From contig CAWJJC010000020.1 of NCBI GenBank assembly GCA_963843145.1, positions 96,001 through 160,000 of the forward strand: 64,000 nucleotides of DNA, in the 5' to 3' direction. This stretch comes from an uncultured delta proteobacterium. GTDB lineage: Bacteria > Desulfobacterota > RBG-13-43-22. Positions within the stretch are counted from its first letter, which is position 1. Each line of letters starts with the position of its first letter. The notes under the pieces are model-generated. The model was given only the letters and a program-made list of their open reading frames with translations. It had not been told where the DNA came from and did no database searches. Below are positions 30,334 to 40,440 of this stretch, piece after piece. The position numbers and the translations under genes were made by a program.

Positions 30334-32922
30334 TCACGCCTCCGCCGAAGCCGCCTCATCCTTCCCCCCACACCCGCGCGAGGGTAGCCTGGATCTTCTT
30401 CTTGAAACGGGCGATCAGTTCGCGGTTGGCGGCGACCAGGGCCTGCTCAGCTTCGATCTCGGCGACGATGGTTTGCTGGGTGGCGAGAGGGGGGAGGGGG
30501 ATCGGAGCACTTTCGACGATTCCCTGATTGATTTTTAGCATGCTCCCGGCAGCACCGACAGCGTTTCATGTCATATAGGATTTACTGGTGTCGCTTTGGA
30601 GAACATGGAACAGATATTTGCTTAGAATCTTCGATTCGTCCGCTCTTACCCGAATCATCAAGTCGGGATACACGAAGTTAGGTTCTGCCACATCAAATAT
30701 GGCAGCGGTACCGACCAACTCCTTCGTGTTGCCTCGCTGAAGATAGATATCGCCACGTTGACAGCGGCAAGGCGAGTCGAGCGGAATGTCCTCATCGAGG
30801 AATTTATGTTCGGAGATATCCAGTCTGCCCGATGTCGTGGCGCTCAGTAGAGGACTTTGAGATTGGTGGTGTGAGCGACTGGTTACGGAGTGACCATTCT
30901 CGGTTTGTCCTGAATGACTTCTCCCAACTCCACCATCGGCCAGTCGGGGTGGATGGGGATGTGGGGGCGGTAGTTGTCGAGGACGGCGCGGGCGCCGTTG
31001 ATGACTTTCTGGTAGCCCTCGATCTCCGCCACGATCTCCTTCTGCACCTCCAGCGGCGGCAAGGGGATTTGAATTGCTTCTACGCAGATTACTTGGTGCT
31101 ACGGATAGGCCAACCTCTGCCATCAGTTCCGATCATCTGAGTCGACCGCCTTTTCGTGCCTCAAGCGATGCAAATAGATAATCCGGGAAGCAGTCGCTCT
31201 CTCTGGTGCGCAGCAGTCGAAACTCGTTGAAGCAACTGCCCTCTCCGGAATTCCATTGCGAATCGTGAATGCCTTAAGGTTAGGACGGACCTCGAGATGA
31301 GAACATCGTCTTTCGTAACTGACTTCGTGACGGCTTGGTCGCTTCGTCGGTAGGAATTTGTTCCACCGATGGGACTGTCTCCGAGTCGTTCTCACACAGG
31401 ATATGTCAACGAGTTGAAAAAAGCACCGCGGATGTCCAATCTTCTGGCAGGATTCGAATGCTTCGGGCATTGATGGTCGCAAACCTCGCCAAGTCGGACC
31501 GTGTGGATATTCTGACGAGCGCGCGCTCGCACTCCCGATACCTCTCCCCACTCAGGTTGTACTCGCCATTCGCTGCGATCTTCTCCTTCTCCACGATGAG
31601 GCCCAGCGTGGGCTGGAAGTCGTCGACCGATTCCCCTGCCCGCAGGCGGTGCAGGTATTCGCTGATCTCGGCATGGGCCTGCGGTAGGTCGTTCTTCTCA
31701 ATCTCGCGCCGCTGGGCGCCGAGGCCGAAGCCGTCGTTTTCGATCTTGAAGAAGGCGATGGTACTTGTCCTTCTTGGCCAGCGACTTGTCGAGGATCAGG
31801 ATCGAGGTCTTGACGCCGGAATAGGGCTGGAACACGCCGGCAGGCAGCGAGACTACGGCGACGAGGTACTCCTCCACCAGCATCTTGCGTAGTTGTTTGT
31901 AGGCGGTCTGGCTCTGGAAGATGATCCCCTCAGGCACGATGATGCCGGCTCGGCCGGTAGGGGTGAGATGCTCGGCCATGTAGTCCACGAACAGCACTTC
32001 GGAGCGCTTGGACTGCACCGAGAAGCGGTTGTGGGGCTTGATGCCGCCCTTCGGCGACATAAAAGGTGGATTGGCGAGGATCACGTCGGCGTATTCATTC
32101 CACCGGTCCTGACTCGTGAGGGCGTCGTACTCGGCAATGTGTGGGTCGGCGAAACCGTGCAGGTACAGGTTCACCAGGGACAAACGCACCATATCAGGCG
32201 AAATGTCGTAGCCCTTGAAATTCTGCGCGAGGCGTCCCTTTTCGTCTGGCGTCAAATTGATTGCGGATTGAGGATTGCTGATTGTGGATTTGGCAGAAGT
32301 TCCGTGCATGATGATTGGCTCAGAATTGGCTTTCAGGATGTGTTTATACGCCGAGATCAGGAACCCGGCGGTGCCGCAGGCCGGGTCGAGCACGGTCTCG
32401 TTCTTCTTCGGGTCGATTACTTCAACGATGAAATCGATGATGTGGCGCGGGAGTGCGGAACTGCCCGGCGTCGCCCTGGGAGCCGAGCACGGAAAGCAGA
32501 TACTCGAAGGCGTCGCCGAGGCGCTCGCTGTGGTCGTATTCGAACTCGTCGATGACCTTGAGGAACATCTTTAGCGTTTCAGGGTCGCGGTAGGGCAGAT
32601 AGGCGTTCTTGAAGATGTCGCGGAAAAGGGGCGGTATGCCGGGGTTCTCCGGCATCTTGGCGATGGCCTCGGCGTAGAGATTCAGGGTTTCAAAGCCGCC
32701 CAAGCCGGAGCGCATGAGCTTGGCCCAGCCGTAGCGGGCGAACTTATTGGCGAAAAACTTGCGCTTCCCGCCGAACTCCTCGCTCTCGGCGTCCATGTCG
32801 TCCATGAACTTGTAGATCAGGGCGATGGTGATCTGCTCGACCTGGCTCTTGGGATCGGGCACCTTGCCGACGAGGATGTCGCGGGCGGTGTCGATGCGGC
32901 GTTTGGTGGCGGAGTCTAGCAT
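30334..32922 (-). pseudogene. hsdM: Type I-like N6-adenine methyltransferase fused to specificity (TRD) domains, frameshifted
   Basis: GQFRTP, LDPACGTAGF, ANPPF, then two HsdS-type IPLPPL..Q..IVAEIE repeats; several frame changes. Confidence 0.85.
32256..32293. repeat. AATCnnn heptamer array in-frame within hsdM
   Basis: Minus strand cca aatccac aatcagc aatcctc aatccgc aatcaat, translated within SAKSTISNPQSAINL. Confidence 0.85.
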
Positions 32923-33296
32923 TTTGGATTTCTGATTGTGGATTTTGGATTGTTTTCCTTCGCCGTCCGTCCGGAGGCGGTGAAAATGGCCGTCAGTTCT
33001 TCGGCTTCCTGATGAATTGGAGAAACGAGTTCGAGATTGAGAAGTCCCCCGTCCATGATCATTTCGAGCCAGAAAGCCGACTCATCAGCCTCTTCGGCGA
33101 CAGTGCCGATCTTGGCGATGAATTCGGCTTTTGATCGGCTGCGGCAGGCGGCGCGGTAGTTGGCGCCTACGGATGTTCCGCTACGAATCAGTTGGCTGCC
33201 GATTGCCCGTCCCGTTGTTGTTTTCGGCAACGCATCGACGAGATTCATCACGCGCAACCCGAACTGTTTGGTTCTGGCCTTTAGTTCTTGACTCAT
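32916..33296 (-). CDS. Four helix bundle protein (TIGR02436 / 23S rRNA IVP / Avd-like family)
   Basis: QLIRSGTSVGANYRAACRSRSKAEFIAKIGTVAEEADESAFWLE. Confidence 0.93.
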   Translation of the reverse strand: MSQELKARTKQFGLRVMNLVDALPKTTTGRAIGSQLIRSGTSVGANYRAACRSRSKAEFIAKIGTVAEEADESAFWLEMIMDGGLLNLELVSPIHQEAEELTAIFTASGRTAKENNPKSTIRNPKC

Positions 33297-33342
33297 TCAT
33301 AACAGTTTTTTAATCCACAATCAGCAATCCAAAATCCACAAT
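32922..33342. repeat. Inverted AATCnnn heptamer arms flanking the four-helix-bundle gene
   Basis: 32922-32952 ttttggatttctgattgtggattttggattg versus 33312-33342 aatccacaatcagcaatccaaaatccacaat. Confidence 0.9.
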
Positions 33343-33349
33343 TTACTTC

Positions 33350-34177
33350 CTATCCCTTGAGTTGTTTGACTGTCGGCGCAGCAGTAAGCACCTGCATCTG
33401 GCGGATGGCGATCTCGTTCAGGCGTTTGAGCCGGTCCCCTTGCGGCAGACCCATATGAATGAGTTCGGCGTTCATGCCTTCGATGTTGGCCAGTACCAGT
33501 AACTGTTCCACCGTGGCATATTCTCTCATGTTGTCCTCAAGTTTTGGATTGGCGTCGCGCCACTCCTTCGCGGTCTGCCCGAAGAGAGCAATATTGAGTA
33601 CATCCGCCTCAGTGGCGTAGGTGATGGCCGCCTGAGCCGGAGTAACGGCAGCAGGAATAAGATGGGCTTTCACGGCATCCGTGTGGATGCGGTAATTAAG
33701 CTTGGACAAAGTGCGGTTGAGGTTCCAGGATAAGGAGAGGCGACGATTTTCGTCGTCCTTGAGGCGCTGGAATTCCTTGATGAGGTAGAGCTTAAACTCA
33801 GGACTGAGCCAGGAGCCGAACTCAAAGGCTATGTCCTTGTGGGCATAGGTGCCGCCGTAGCGCCCGGCACTGGCGACTATACCACGGGCGGCAGTGCGCT
33901 CAACCCACTTCTTGGCTGATAGAAAAAAACTATTCCTTCCTGCCTCGTTTTTAATTCCCTCGAATTCGAGGGAATTAAAAACGGGATTGTGGATTTGCTC
34001 CCACACACCAAGGAAAAGAACGGTGTCTTTGTTCTTAAGCCACTGTTCGATCAGGGCGTTACCCCCATCAAAATGCTTTACCATATCAGTGAGTGAGATG
34101 AAATCGCCCTGGTCCTTGGAAAGAATGGTTATAGCCGTTCCCTGGACTTCTATGATTGCTTTTTTGCCCTTGCCCAT
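33350..34177 (-). CDS. KilA-N domain DNA-binding protein
   Basis: DFISLTDM, GRYGGTYAHKDIAFEFGSWLSPEFKLYLIKEFQRLK. Confidence 0.9.
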   Translation of the reverse strand: MGKGKKAIIEVQGTAITILSKDQGDFISLTDMVKHFDGGNALIEQWLKNKDTVLFLGVWEQIHNPVFNSLEFEGIKNEAGRNSFFLSAKKWVERTAARGIVASAGRYGGTYAHKDIAFEFGSWLSPEFKLYLIKEFQRLKDDENRRLSLSWNLNRTLSKLNYRIHTDAVKAHLIPAAVTPAQAAITYATEADVLNIALFGQTAKEWRDANPKLEDNMREYATVEQLLVLANIEGMNAELIHMGLPQGDRLKRLNEIAIRQMQVLTAAPTVKQLKG

Positions 34178-34186
34178 GGTTCCCCC

Positions 34187-36733
34187 CTATGCCACAAACT
34201 GGTTCAAGGATACGTAATCTTTGACATATTCAGGAATGATCGTGCGGTACTTGGGCGGCACGGCCTTGAAATCGCGGGTGGAAAAGATTGGATTGGTGGC
34301 CAGGTCGGTGAACTGCTTTTCTTCGATAATGTGGCGCAATTGGCCGCTGGTGACGTAGGCTTTGAAATAGGTCTTGATGGCGGGGATGGCCTCAGCCTCT
34401 TGGGGCTTGGTATCGGCCACGAACTTGGCGAATTCCTCTTCCAGCAGTTCGTCCTTGGACTTGAACCGCGGGATGAGGCCGAAAATCTTCTCCAGGATCT
34501 CCCGCAGGGCCAGGCGTCGGTCCACGGCGGCAGCTTTGCGCAACTTGTGGAGGGTGTAGTACTCCTCGGGTTTGTCGAAGACCTCGCGGTTTACGTAGTC
34601 GATGACGCGGTCCCACTGCCCGGCCTCGACGGCTTTCGCGATGATCTCGTTCTCGCGCACGGTATCTTCGAATTTCTCGAAGAACATACGGTCGATCTTC
34701 ATCCCTTCGAAGCCGATATCAAAAATTTTCATGGAGGCGAGAATATCCTCGCCCAAGTGCTCGTAAGCGCCGCCGTACACCACTGGTCCCCTTCCACCGG
34801 TGTTTTCGCTCCCTTTGCCCTGGGGCCGGGGAAGCTTCAGCACCTCGTCATAGTTGAACTTCTCCTCGAAGTATTCGCAATTGGCGAAGAAGTCGAAAAG
34901 CTTGAAGGCGGACTTCTGCGGTTGTAAGACGCCCTCTTTGAGGCCGTCGTCGAAAAGCTGTTCGAGAAAGTTGTGCTTGCGGGTGCCGCGTCCCTTGATC
35001 TGGATGAAGTCCGTCGGCGAGAAAATCGGTCGAAACAGACCGAGATTGAGGATGTCGGTGCAATCGTAGCCGGTGGTCATCATGCCGACAGTCACGCAGA
35101 CGCGGGCCTTGCTGGTCCTGTAGGCGGGCAGGAAGTTGGTCGAACCGAGCAGGTTGTTGTTGGCGAAGTTGATGGTGAACTGCTGGGCGTCGGGGATCGT
35201 TGAGGTGACCTGAACGGCGAAGTCGGACTGGTACCTGCCGGGGAACAGGCGATCGGCCATCTGATTGAAGATCTGTACCAGCTTCGCGGCGTGATTTTGG
35301 CTGACAGTGAAGATGATGGATTTGCCGATCTCTCCGCTGACGGGATCGCGCAGGGCGTTTTCCAGAAAGGTCTTGCAGAAGAGCTGGTTGGTGGCCTTAG
35401 AAAAGAAGCTCTTCTCGAAATCGCTCTTCCGCTTCCTTAAGGTCTCCTGCTGGTCTTCATCCTCTTCGTCAGTGAAGGAGCATATGAAGCCCCGTTCGGA
35501 GAGCAATTGGGTTGTAATTTCAGTGCGGGCATCCACCACCGTGGGGTTGATCAGGTAGCCTTCCTTCACGCCGTCGAGCAGCGAGTAACGATAGGTTGGC
35601 TGGCTGTTCTCGCAGCCGAAGGTCCGGTAGGTGTCCAGCAACAGTCGGCGCTCGGCTTCGCGCGGGTCGCGGGTGGAAGGATTGGTCTTGTCAAACCGTT
35701 TAAGGTAGTCGCGGGGCGTAGCGGTAAGGCCGAGCTTGTAGCCGATGAAGTAGTCGAAGACGGCGCGGGCGTTGCCGCCGATGGAGCGGTGGGCTTCGTC
35801 GGAAATGACCAGGTCGAAATCGGTTGGCGAGAAGAGCCGCTGGTACTTGTTGTTGAAGAGCAGCGACTGCACCGTGGTGACCACTATTTCCGCCCGCCGC
35901 CAGTCGTCACGGTTTTCCTTGTAGATCACCGTCTGAAAGTCAGGGGACAGCAGCGCCTTGAAGGCCTTCCTGGCCTGATCCTCCAGTTCGAGGCGATCCA
36001 CCAGAAACAGCACGCGTCGGGCATTGCCGGATCGGAGGAAGAGTTTGATGACGGCGGCGGCCGTGAGGGTCTTGCCGGTGCCGGTGGCCATCTCGAACAG
36101 GAAGCGGTCTTTGCCGTCCTTCACGGCCCGCTGCAGGGCGTGAATGGCCTTCAACTGATAGGGCCGCAAGAAACGCAGTTTATTGGTCAGGATGTAGCCG
36201 GAACGCTCCGTCTCATTGCGCCAGGCCGCTTCGGATTGATAGTTCGGACGCTGAGTCAGCACGATGTAGTCTTCGTCGACCGGATCCTCGATTAGGCGTT
36301 GCGGGTTGGGCCTGACCTGCTGGTAGCCGATCACCGAGTCCGGCGTTGGGAAGGACGTAATAAGATAGGGGTTGCCGCGCTCCAGGTCCCAGAAGTAGTG
36401 CAAGTTGCCGTTGGAGAGGATCACGAACCGGCAGTTCTGGGACTTGGCGTATTTGCGGGCCTGCTCCTTGCCGACGAGCGGGTTCCTGTCCTCCGATTTG
36501 GCCTCTAGGACGATGAGCGGGAAACCTTTGCTGTCGAGCAGCAGGAAGTCGATGAAGCCCTTACTCGTCTTCTCGAAGTTCTCGCCCAGCGCTTCCAGAT
36601 CGGCTGACTTGATCGTCACGCTGGGTTCCAGGCGGATGTTAGCGTACGCGCCTCCTTCCGGAAAGAAGCGCCAGCCTGCCGCTTCGAGCAGCCTGTTGAT
36701 CTTTATACGGGCAGTGGCTTCTTTATTTGCCAT
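34187..36733 (-). CDS. hsdR: Type I restriction enzyme R subunit (EcoEI-like, SF2 helicase)
   Basis: EATARIKI..IDF..LEAK nuclease, LRPYQ, MATGTGKT, DEAH, GLTATP, QIKGRGTR. Confidence 0.92.
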   Translation of the reverse strand: MANKEATARIKINRLLEAAGWRFFPEGGAYANIRLEPSVTIKSADLEALGENFEKTSKGFIDFLLLDSKGFPLIVLEAKSEDRNPLVGKEQARKYAKSQNCRFVILSNGNLHYFWDLERGNPYLITSFPTPDSVIGYQQVRPNPQRLIEDPVDEDYIVLTQRPNYQSEAAWRNETERSGYILTNKLRFLRPYQLKAIHALQRAVKDGKDRFLFEMATGTGKTLTAAAVIKLFLRSGNARRVLFLVDRLELEDQARKAFKALLSPDFQTVIYKENRDDWRRAEIVVTTVQSLLFNNKYQRLFSPTDFDLVISDEAHRSIGGNARAVFDYFIGYKLGLTATPRDYLKRFDKTNPSTRDPREAERRLLLDTYRTFGCENSQPTYRYSLLDGVKEGYLINPTVVDARTEITTQLLSERGFICSFTDEEDEDQQETLRKRKSDFEKSFFSKATNQLFCKTFLENALRDPVSGEIGKSIIFTVSQNHAAKLVQIFNQMADRLFPGRYQSDFAVQVTSTIPDAQQFTINFANNNLLGSTNFLPAYRTSKARVCVTVGMMTTGYDCTDILNLGLFRPIFSPTDFIQIKGRGTRKHNFLEQLFDDGLKEGVLQPQKSAFKLFDFFANCEYFEEKFNYDEVLKLPRPQGKGSENTGGRGPVVYGGAYEHLGEDILASMKIFDIGFEGMKIDRMFFEKFEDTVRENEIIAKAVEAGQWDRVIDYVNREVFDKPEEYYTLHKLRKAAAVDRRLALREILEKIFGLIPRFKSKDELLEEEFAKFVADTKPQEAEAIPAIKTYFKAYVTSGQLRHIIEEKQFTDLATNPIFSTRDFKAVPPKYRTIIPEYVKDYVSLNQFVA

Positions 36734-37095
36734 TCGGTTTCAATTTTCTGTTCGTCCTACGTGGGTGGCCGATATGATAGCCAAAAAGGTCATCCGGAGC
36801 TCCCAGTATGGGCGATCGGGGGATTGGTGCGGCATGGTAGAAGGCAGGCAGGGAACGAACGCTGGCATTCCTAACACCCATGTGGGCCGGCAAAGCGGCA
36901 ACTCATTGAAAGAAGGGGTTAAAAAGTAAGAAAAGAAATTTCATTTGACTTTAATTCGGAAGAATAGGGTTGTCAAGGACTTTTGCAGTAAATACAAATG
37001 AATAGAGAATCAGGGAAGCTTGGGGGAGCGAAAAGTTGGAAAATTTCCGCAATCTAACCGCTGAGGTACTCGCAAAAGTCCGTCAGATCGTGCTT

Positions 37096-37215
37096 GTCAT
37101 TCCGAGTCCCGCGATAGCGCGGGACGAAGAATCTTGTTTTTTAAAGGGAGGGTTTTAAACGGAATTGGGTTTGGTCCGGCTCAATTATTCACAGCCGAGG
37201 GCGGCTGTGCTACAT
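37096..37215. repeat. Two REP-like palindromes
   Basis: gtcattccgagtcccgcgatagcgcgggacgaagaatct and cacagccgagggcggctgtgctac. Confidence 0.6.
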
Positions 37216-37273
37216 GAAAGCGCAATGGAATCCCTGTCCGCTGGAGCGCCAGGTCAGCCGCTGGGAATGCTGA

Positions 37274-38125
37274 TCACCCCAGTTCGAAAGTCGTCACGCC
37301 GAACACTCGGTTGATGGGCAAATCAGGGCTTTTCCCCTTGTACATGCGGGCCGTCTCGAAGGCGACCATCATCTTGTGCCGCTCCACCAATTGGACTGCC
37401 GCTGAATTCACTGACGGCGTGTCCAAAAAAATGGGGGCACCTTCCGGGGCCCGGGCCTTCAAAGCCAGGAATAGTTGGTCCGCAAACTCCGGACTGTCCG
37501 CAAACAACGGACCTACCTTGTATCCGGAGCGACAAATACGCAGGACCCCATAACCTGCCAGCTTGCGATTTCGTAGAATGCCCAGTGCCGCGCTTTGGGG
37601 TTGGTCAATCCAACACCTCAGGAATTGCCTGCGCTTATCGGGGAAAAAGGGTTCGTCGTAGGCGACAATCTCTTCAAAAGGGATCGTGGACAACGGGACG
37701 ATCCCTGAATCAGCCGGAAAATACCCGCCACCGGTTCCCTGAACGCGGATATTTTTATAAGCCAATGAAAACCCGGATTTCTGGTAGTTACCTTGTTGAG
37801 CGACTACCCCATCAAGCCCGACCGTACGACCTCTAAGGTCCGCAAGACCGGCATTCCATATCTGAATACCATAGCCCTGGCCACGATACTCCGGCTTGAC
37901 CAGGTAAAAACCAAGAAAGCCAAAGGAATCGCCATATTTCACGACTGAAAGCGTGGCGATCGGCTCATCCTCCAGCAATCCGATAAGGAAACCGGTGGGA
38001 TCGGCGGCGTAGAAGCAATCCGCATCGTACAACCCCGGATTCCATCCTTCTGCCGCCGCCCAGTCGATGGCCATATCGACTTCCTGCCGAGTCATCGCTC
38101 TGATGGTATAGCTTTGTCCTGGCAT
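37274..38125 (-). CDS. GNAT acetyltransferase (YitH/HolE-like, two domains)
   Basis: AAEGWNPG, VKPEYRGQGYG, YKVGPLFA, FETARMY. Confidence 0.88.
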   Translation of the reverse strand: MPGQSYTIRAMTRQEVDMAIDWAAAEGWNPGLYDADCFYAADPTGFLIGLLEDEPIATLSVVKYGDSFGFLGFYLVKPEYRGQGYGIQIWNAGLADLRGRTVGLDGVVAQQGNYQKSGFSLAYKNIRVQGTGGGYFPADSGIVPLSTIPFEEIVAYDEPFFPDKRRQFLRCWIDQPQSAALGILRNRKLAGYGVLRICRSGYKVGPLFADSPEFADQLFLALKARAPEGAPIFLDTPSVNSAAVQLVERHKMMVAFETARMYKGKSPDLPINRVFGVTTFELG

Positions 38126-38140
38126 AATGACCCTCAGCGG

Positions 38141-38353
38141 CTATTCCGTTGTTGAACTTTCCAGGGCCTCCTGGACCATCCCCCGCAAACAGGACGGCAG
38201 CCGCTTCAAAACGGGGTCCTGGGTCCGGTTCTGGTGATTCCGAATACACTCACAACAGATCCCATGATTGGGGCAGTCCTCCTTGGGGCAAGAGCAATAG
38301 GAATTGATCCGGTCCCTGACCGGGCATTCGCAGGGTTGATTCGGGTCCATCAT
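38141..38353 (-). CDS. Small Cys-rich protein (DUF6485-like)
   Basis: CSC..CPNHGICCECIRNH..LPSC. Confidence 0.7.
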   Translation of the reverse strand: MMDPNQPCECPVRDRINSYCSCPKEDCPNHGICCECIRNHQNRTQDPVLKRLPSCLRGMVQEALESSTTE

Positions 38354-38381
38354 TCTTCCTGTTTTGAAACTCGAAATTGGT

Positions 38382-39044
38382 TTATTCTTTCGGGGGGTGC
38401 AGGTGGCGGATAAATTTCCCCTCCACCATATAGATCACCATCTCGGCGATGTTGGTGGCGTGGTCGGCCATGCGCTCCAGGTGTTTGGCCACGTAGCTGA
38501 TCTTGACCGCCCGGGAAACCGTGCTGGGATCCTTGATCATGAAAAAAAGCAATTCGTTGAAAATCTGGACCGCCAGGTTATCCATCTGCTCGTCCCGCTG
38601 GATGACATCGTAGGCGATGGCCGTATCCGGTTTGGTGAAGGAATTCAGCACATCGACCACCATGCCCTGGACGATCTTGGCCATGAGGGGGATATCGATA
38701 TAGGGCTTTAACTGGGGCTCCGTATTCAGTTCCAGGGCCAAGTGGCTGATATTTTCCGCGAAGTCGCCGATGCGCTCCAGGTCGGTGGTGATCTTCATAG
38801 CCGTGGTGATGAAGCGCAGATCCCCTCCCACGGGCTGCCGAAGGGCCAGGACACGGATGCACTCCTCATCGATCTCCACGTCGTAGGTATTGATCACCCG
38901 ATCCCCTTCGATGACCTCTTCGGCTAAACGGTTATTCCGCTCCACCAGCGATCGGATAGCCCGTCCGATGGCCTCCTCCACTAAAGAGCCCATTTTCAGG
39001 ATCTTGACCTTCACTTCCCTCAGTTCATCCTCCACCGGTTTCAT
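38382..39044 (-). CDS. phoU: Phosphate signalling protein PhoU
   Basis: ALRQPVGGDLR, DLERIGD, LERMADHATNIAEMVIY. Confidence 0.93.
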   Translation of the reverse strand: MKPVEDELREVKVKILKMGSLVEEAIGRAIRSLVERNNRLAEEVIEGDRVINTYDVEIDEECIRVLALRQPVGGDLRFITTAMKITTDLERIGDFAENISHLALELNTEPQLKPYIDIPLMAKIVQGMVVDVLNSFTKPDTAIAYDVIQRDEQMDNLAVQIFNELLFFMIKDPSTVSRAVKISYVAKHLERMADHATNIAEMVIYMVEGKFIRHLHPPKE

Positions 39045-40440
39045 GTTTAGGACCTCCTTTTTTTCTTTTCTTGGGCCGCAAGTAGACCCATAACGGGCCT
39101 TTCAACCCCAAGCGATGCATCTTGGAGGCCTCGCCGGGTAGCAGGTCTATCCCCAGACCCGGAAAGACCCAGTTCGGATGGACCTCCGAAAAATCCAGCA
39201 ATCGCCCTTCCAAATAATCCCGGACCTTGGGGGACAGATAAAAAAACGGCTCCAGGGGATTCCAGTCTCCGGGCAACAGCCCTTCTTCCCGGGCGATTTC
39301 CGCCAATCGCGTCCCCGGAAAAACGCGGATGCCGGTCATACAGATCACCGCGGTGGGTTTCAGCTCCTCCACCCGGGCCAAGGTTTCCTCCAGGGTGCCC
39401 CGGGTCTCCCCGGGGCCGCCCAACAGCAGGCTGAAACAAAAAGGGATATCCCGCTCCCGACAGATCCGGACCGCTTCCCGGATTTGAGGCAATGAAAAAT
39501 TCTTCCCCATGGCCTCCAGTTGCGCCGGGGCCGCCGCGTCCAGGCCGAACTCCAGGGCGGCGCAACCCGAGGCTTTCATGGCCTCGCCCAACCGGTCGGT
39601 CATGAAACCGGGGTTGACATAGGCTGTCCACTGAACCGGCACTTTTTGCCGAATAATTTCCCGGCAGATGCCTTCGGACTGTTCCTCCGGAAAATTAAAA
39701 TTGTTGTCCACGAAAAAAATGTAGTCCAACCCGCGGTCCACCAGGGCCTGGATTTCCCGGACCACCCCCAAGGGTTCCCGCACCCGGACCTTTCGGCCCT
39801 CGATCAGCGGGTAGGTGCAATAGATGCAGTGGAAAGGGCAACCGCGCTTGGATTGAATATTGGTCAGCCCACCCTGTTCCCGGTAGGCCCCGGCATCAAA
39901 GGCTTCCCGGTCCGGCCAGGGAAGGCCATTTAAATCCTCCAGGATGCTGCCGGTTTCCTTTCGGTCTCGGGAAGGACTGGGGGGGAATAACCCGGCAGCG
40001 GGCGCCGGATGAGTGTTCCCCGAGAGTCCGGCTAAGAGTTCAAGGAAAACCCGTTCCCCTTCGCCGACCACCCCATAATCCACCCCCAAGTAGCCCAAAA
40101 CCTCTTCCGGCAAAAGGGTGAAACCCGAACCACCGACCACGATCGGGGCCTGGCTCTTACGGCGGCAAAGCGCAACCACCTCTTTGATGAACGGCAGGTA
40201 GGCGGTGGAACGGGGATAGGTGACGTTATCGATGTTGCGGATGGACAGGCCGATGCAGTCGGGCTGGAACGATTCCAGGTCCTGTTCCAGGACCGCCTGC
40301 CAGCAAGGAAGGAAACACAGATCGCTGCCCTTGACAGTCATCCCCGCGGCCTTCAGCACCGCCGCCAGGCTCGCCAGGCCCAGCGGATACACCGGGTCAG
40401 GGCTGACCTCCCGGTTGGGAGAAATCAACAAAACGCGCAT
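39025..40440 (-). CDS. B12-binding radical SAM protein
   Basis: Likely start MRVLLISPN; YPLGL, SIRNIDN, RGCPFHCIYC. Confidence 0.88.
   Translation of the reverse strand: MRVLLISPNREVSPDPVYPLGLASLAAVLKAAGMTVKGSDLCFLPCWQAVLEQDLESFQPDCIGLSIRNIDNVTYPRSTAYLPFIKEVVALCRRKSQAPIVVGGSGFTLLPEEVLGYLGVDYGVVGEGERVFLELLAGLSGNTHPAPAAGLFPPSPSRDRKETGSILEDLNGLPWPDREAFDAGAYREQGGLTNIQSKRGCPFHCIYCTYPLIEGRKVRVREPLGVVREIQALVDRGLDYIFFVDNNFNFPEEQSEGICREIIRQKVPVQWTAYVNPGFMTDRLGEAMKASGCAALEFGLDAAAPAQLEAMGKNFSLPQIREAVRICRERDIPFCFSLLLGGPGETRGTLEETLARVEELKPTAVICMTGIRVFPGTRLAEIAREEGLLPGDWNPLEPFFYLSPKVRDYLEGRLLDFSEVHPNWVFPGLGIDLLPGEASKMHRLGLKGPLWVYLRPKKRKKGGPKHETGGG

Noticed and set aside
32916-33296. Diversity-generating retroelement (4HB as Avd)
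   Set aside because: No reverse transcriptase in the window, and no TR/VR pair with adenine-specific mismatches was seen.
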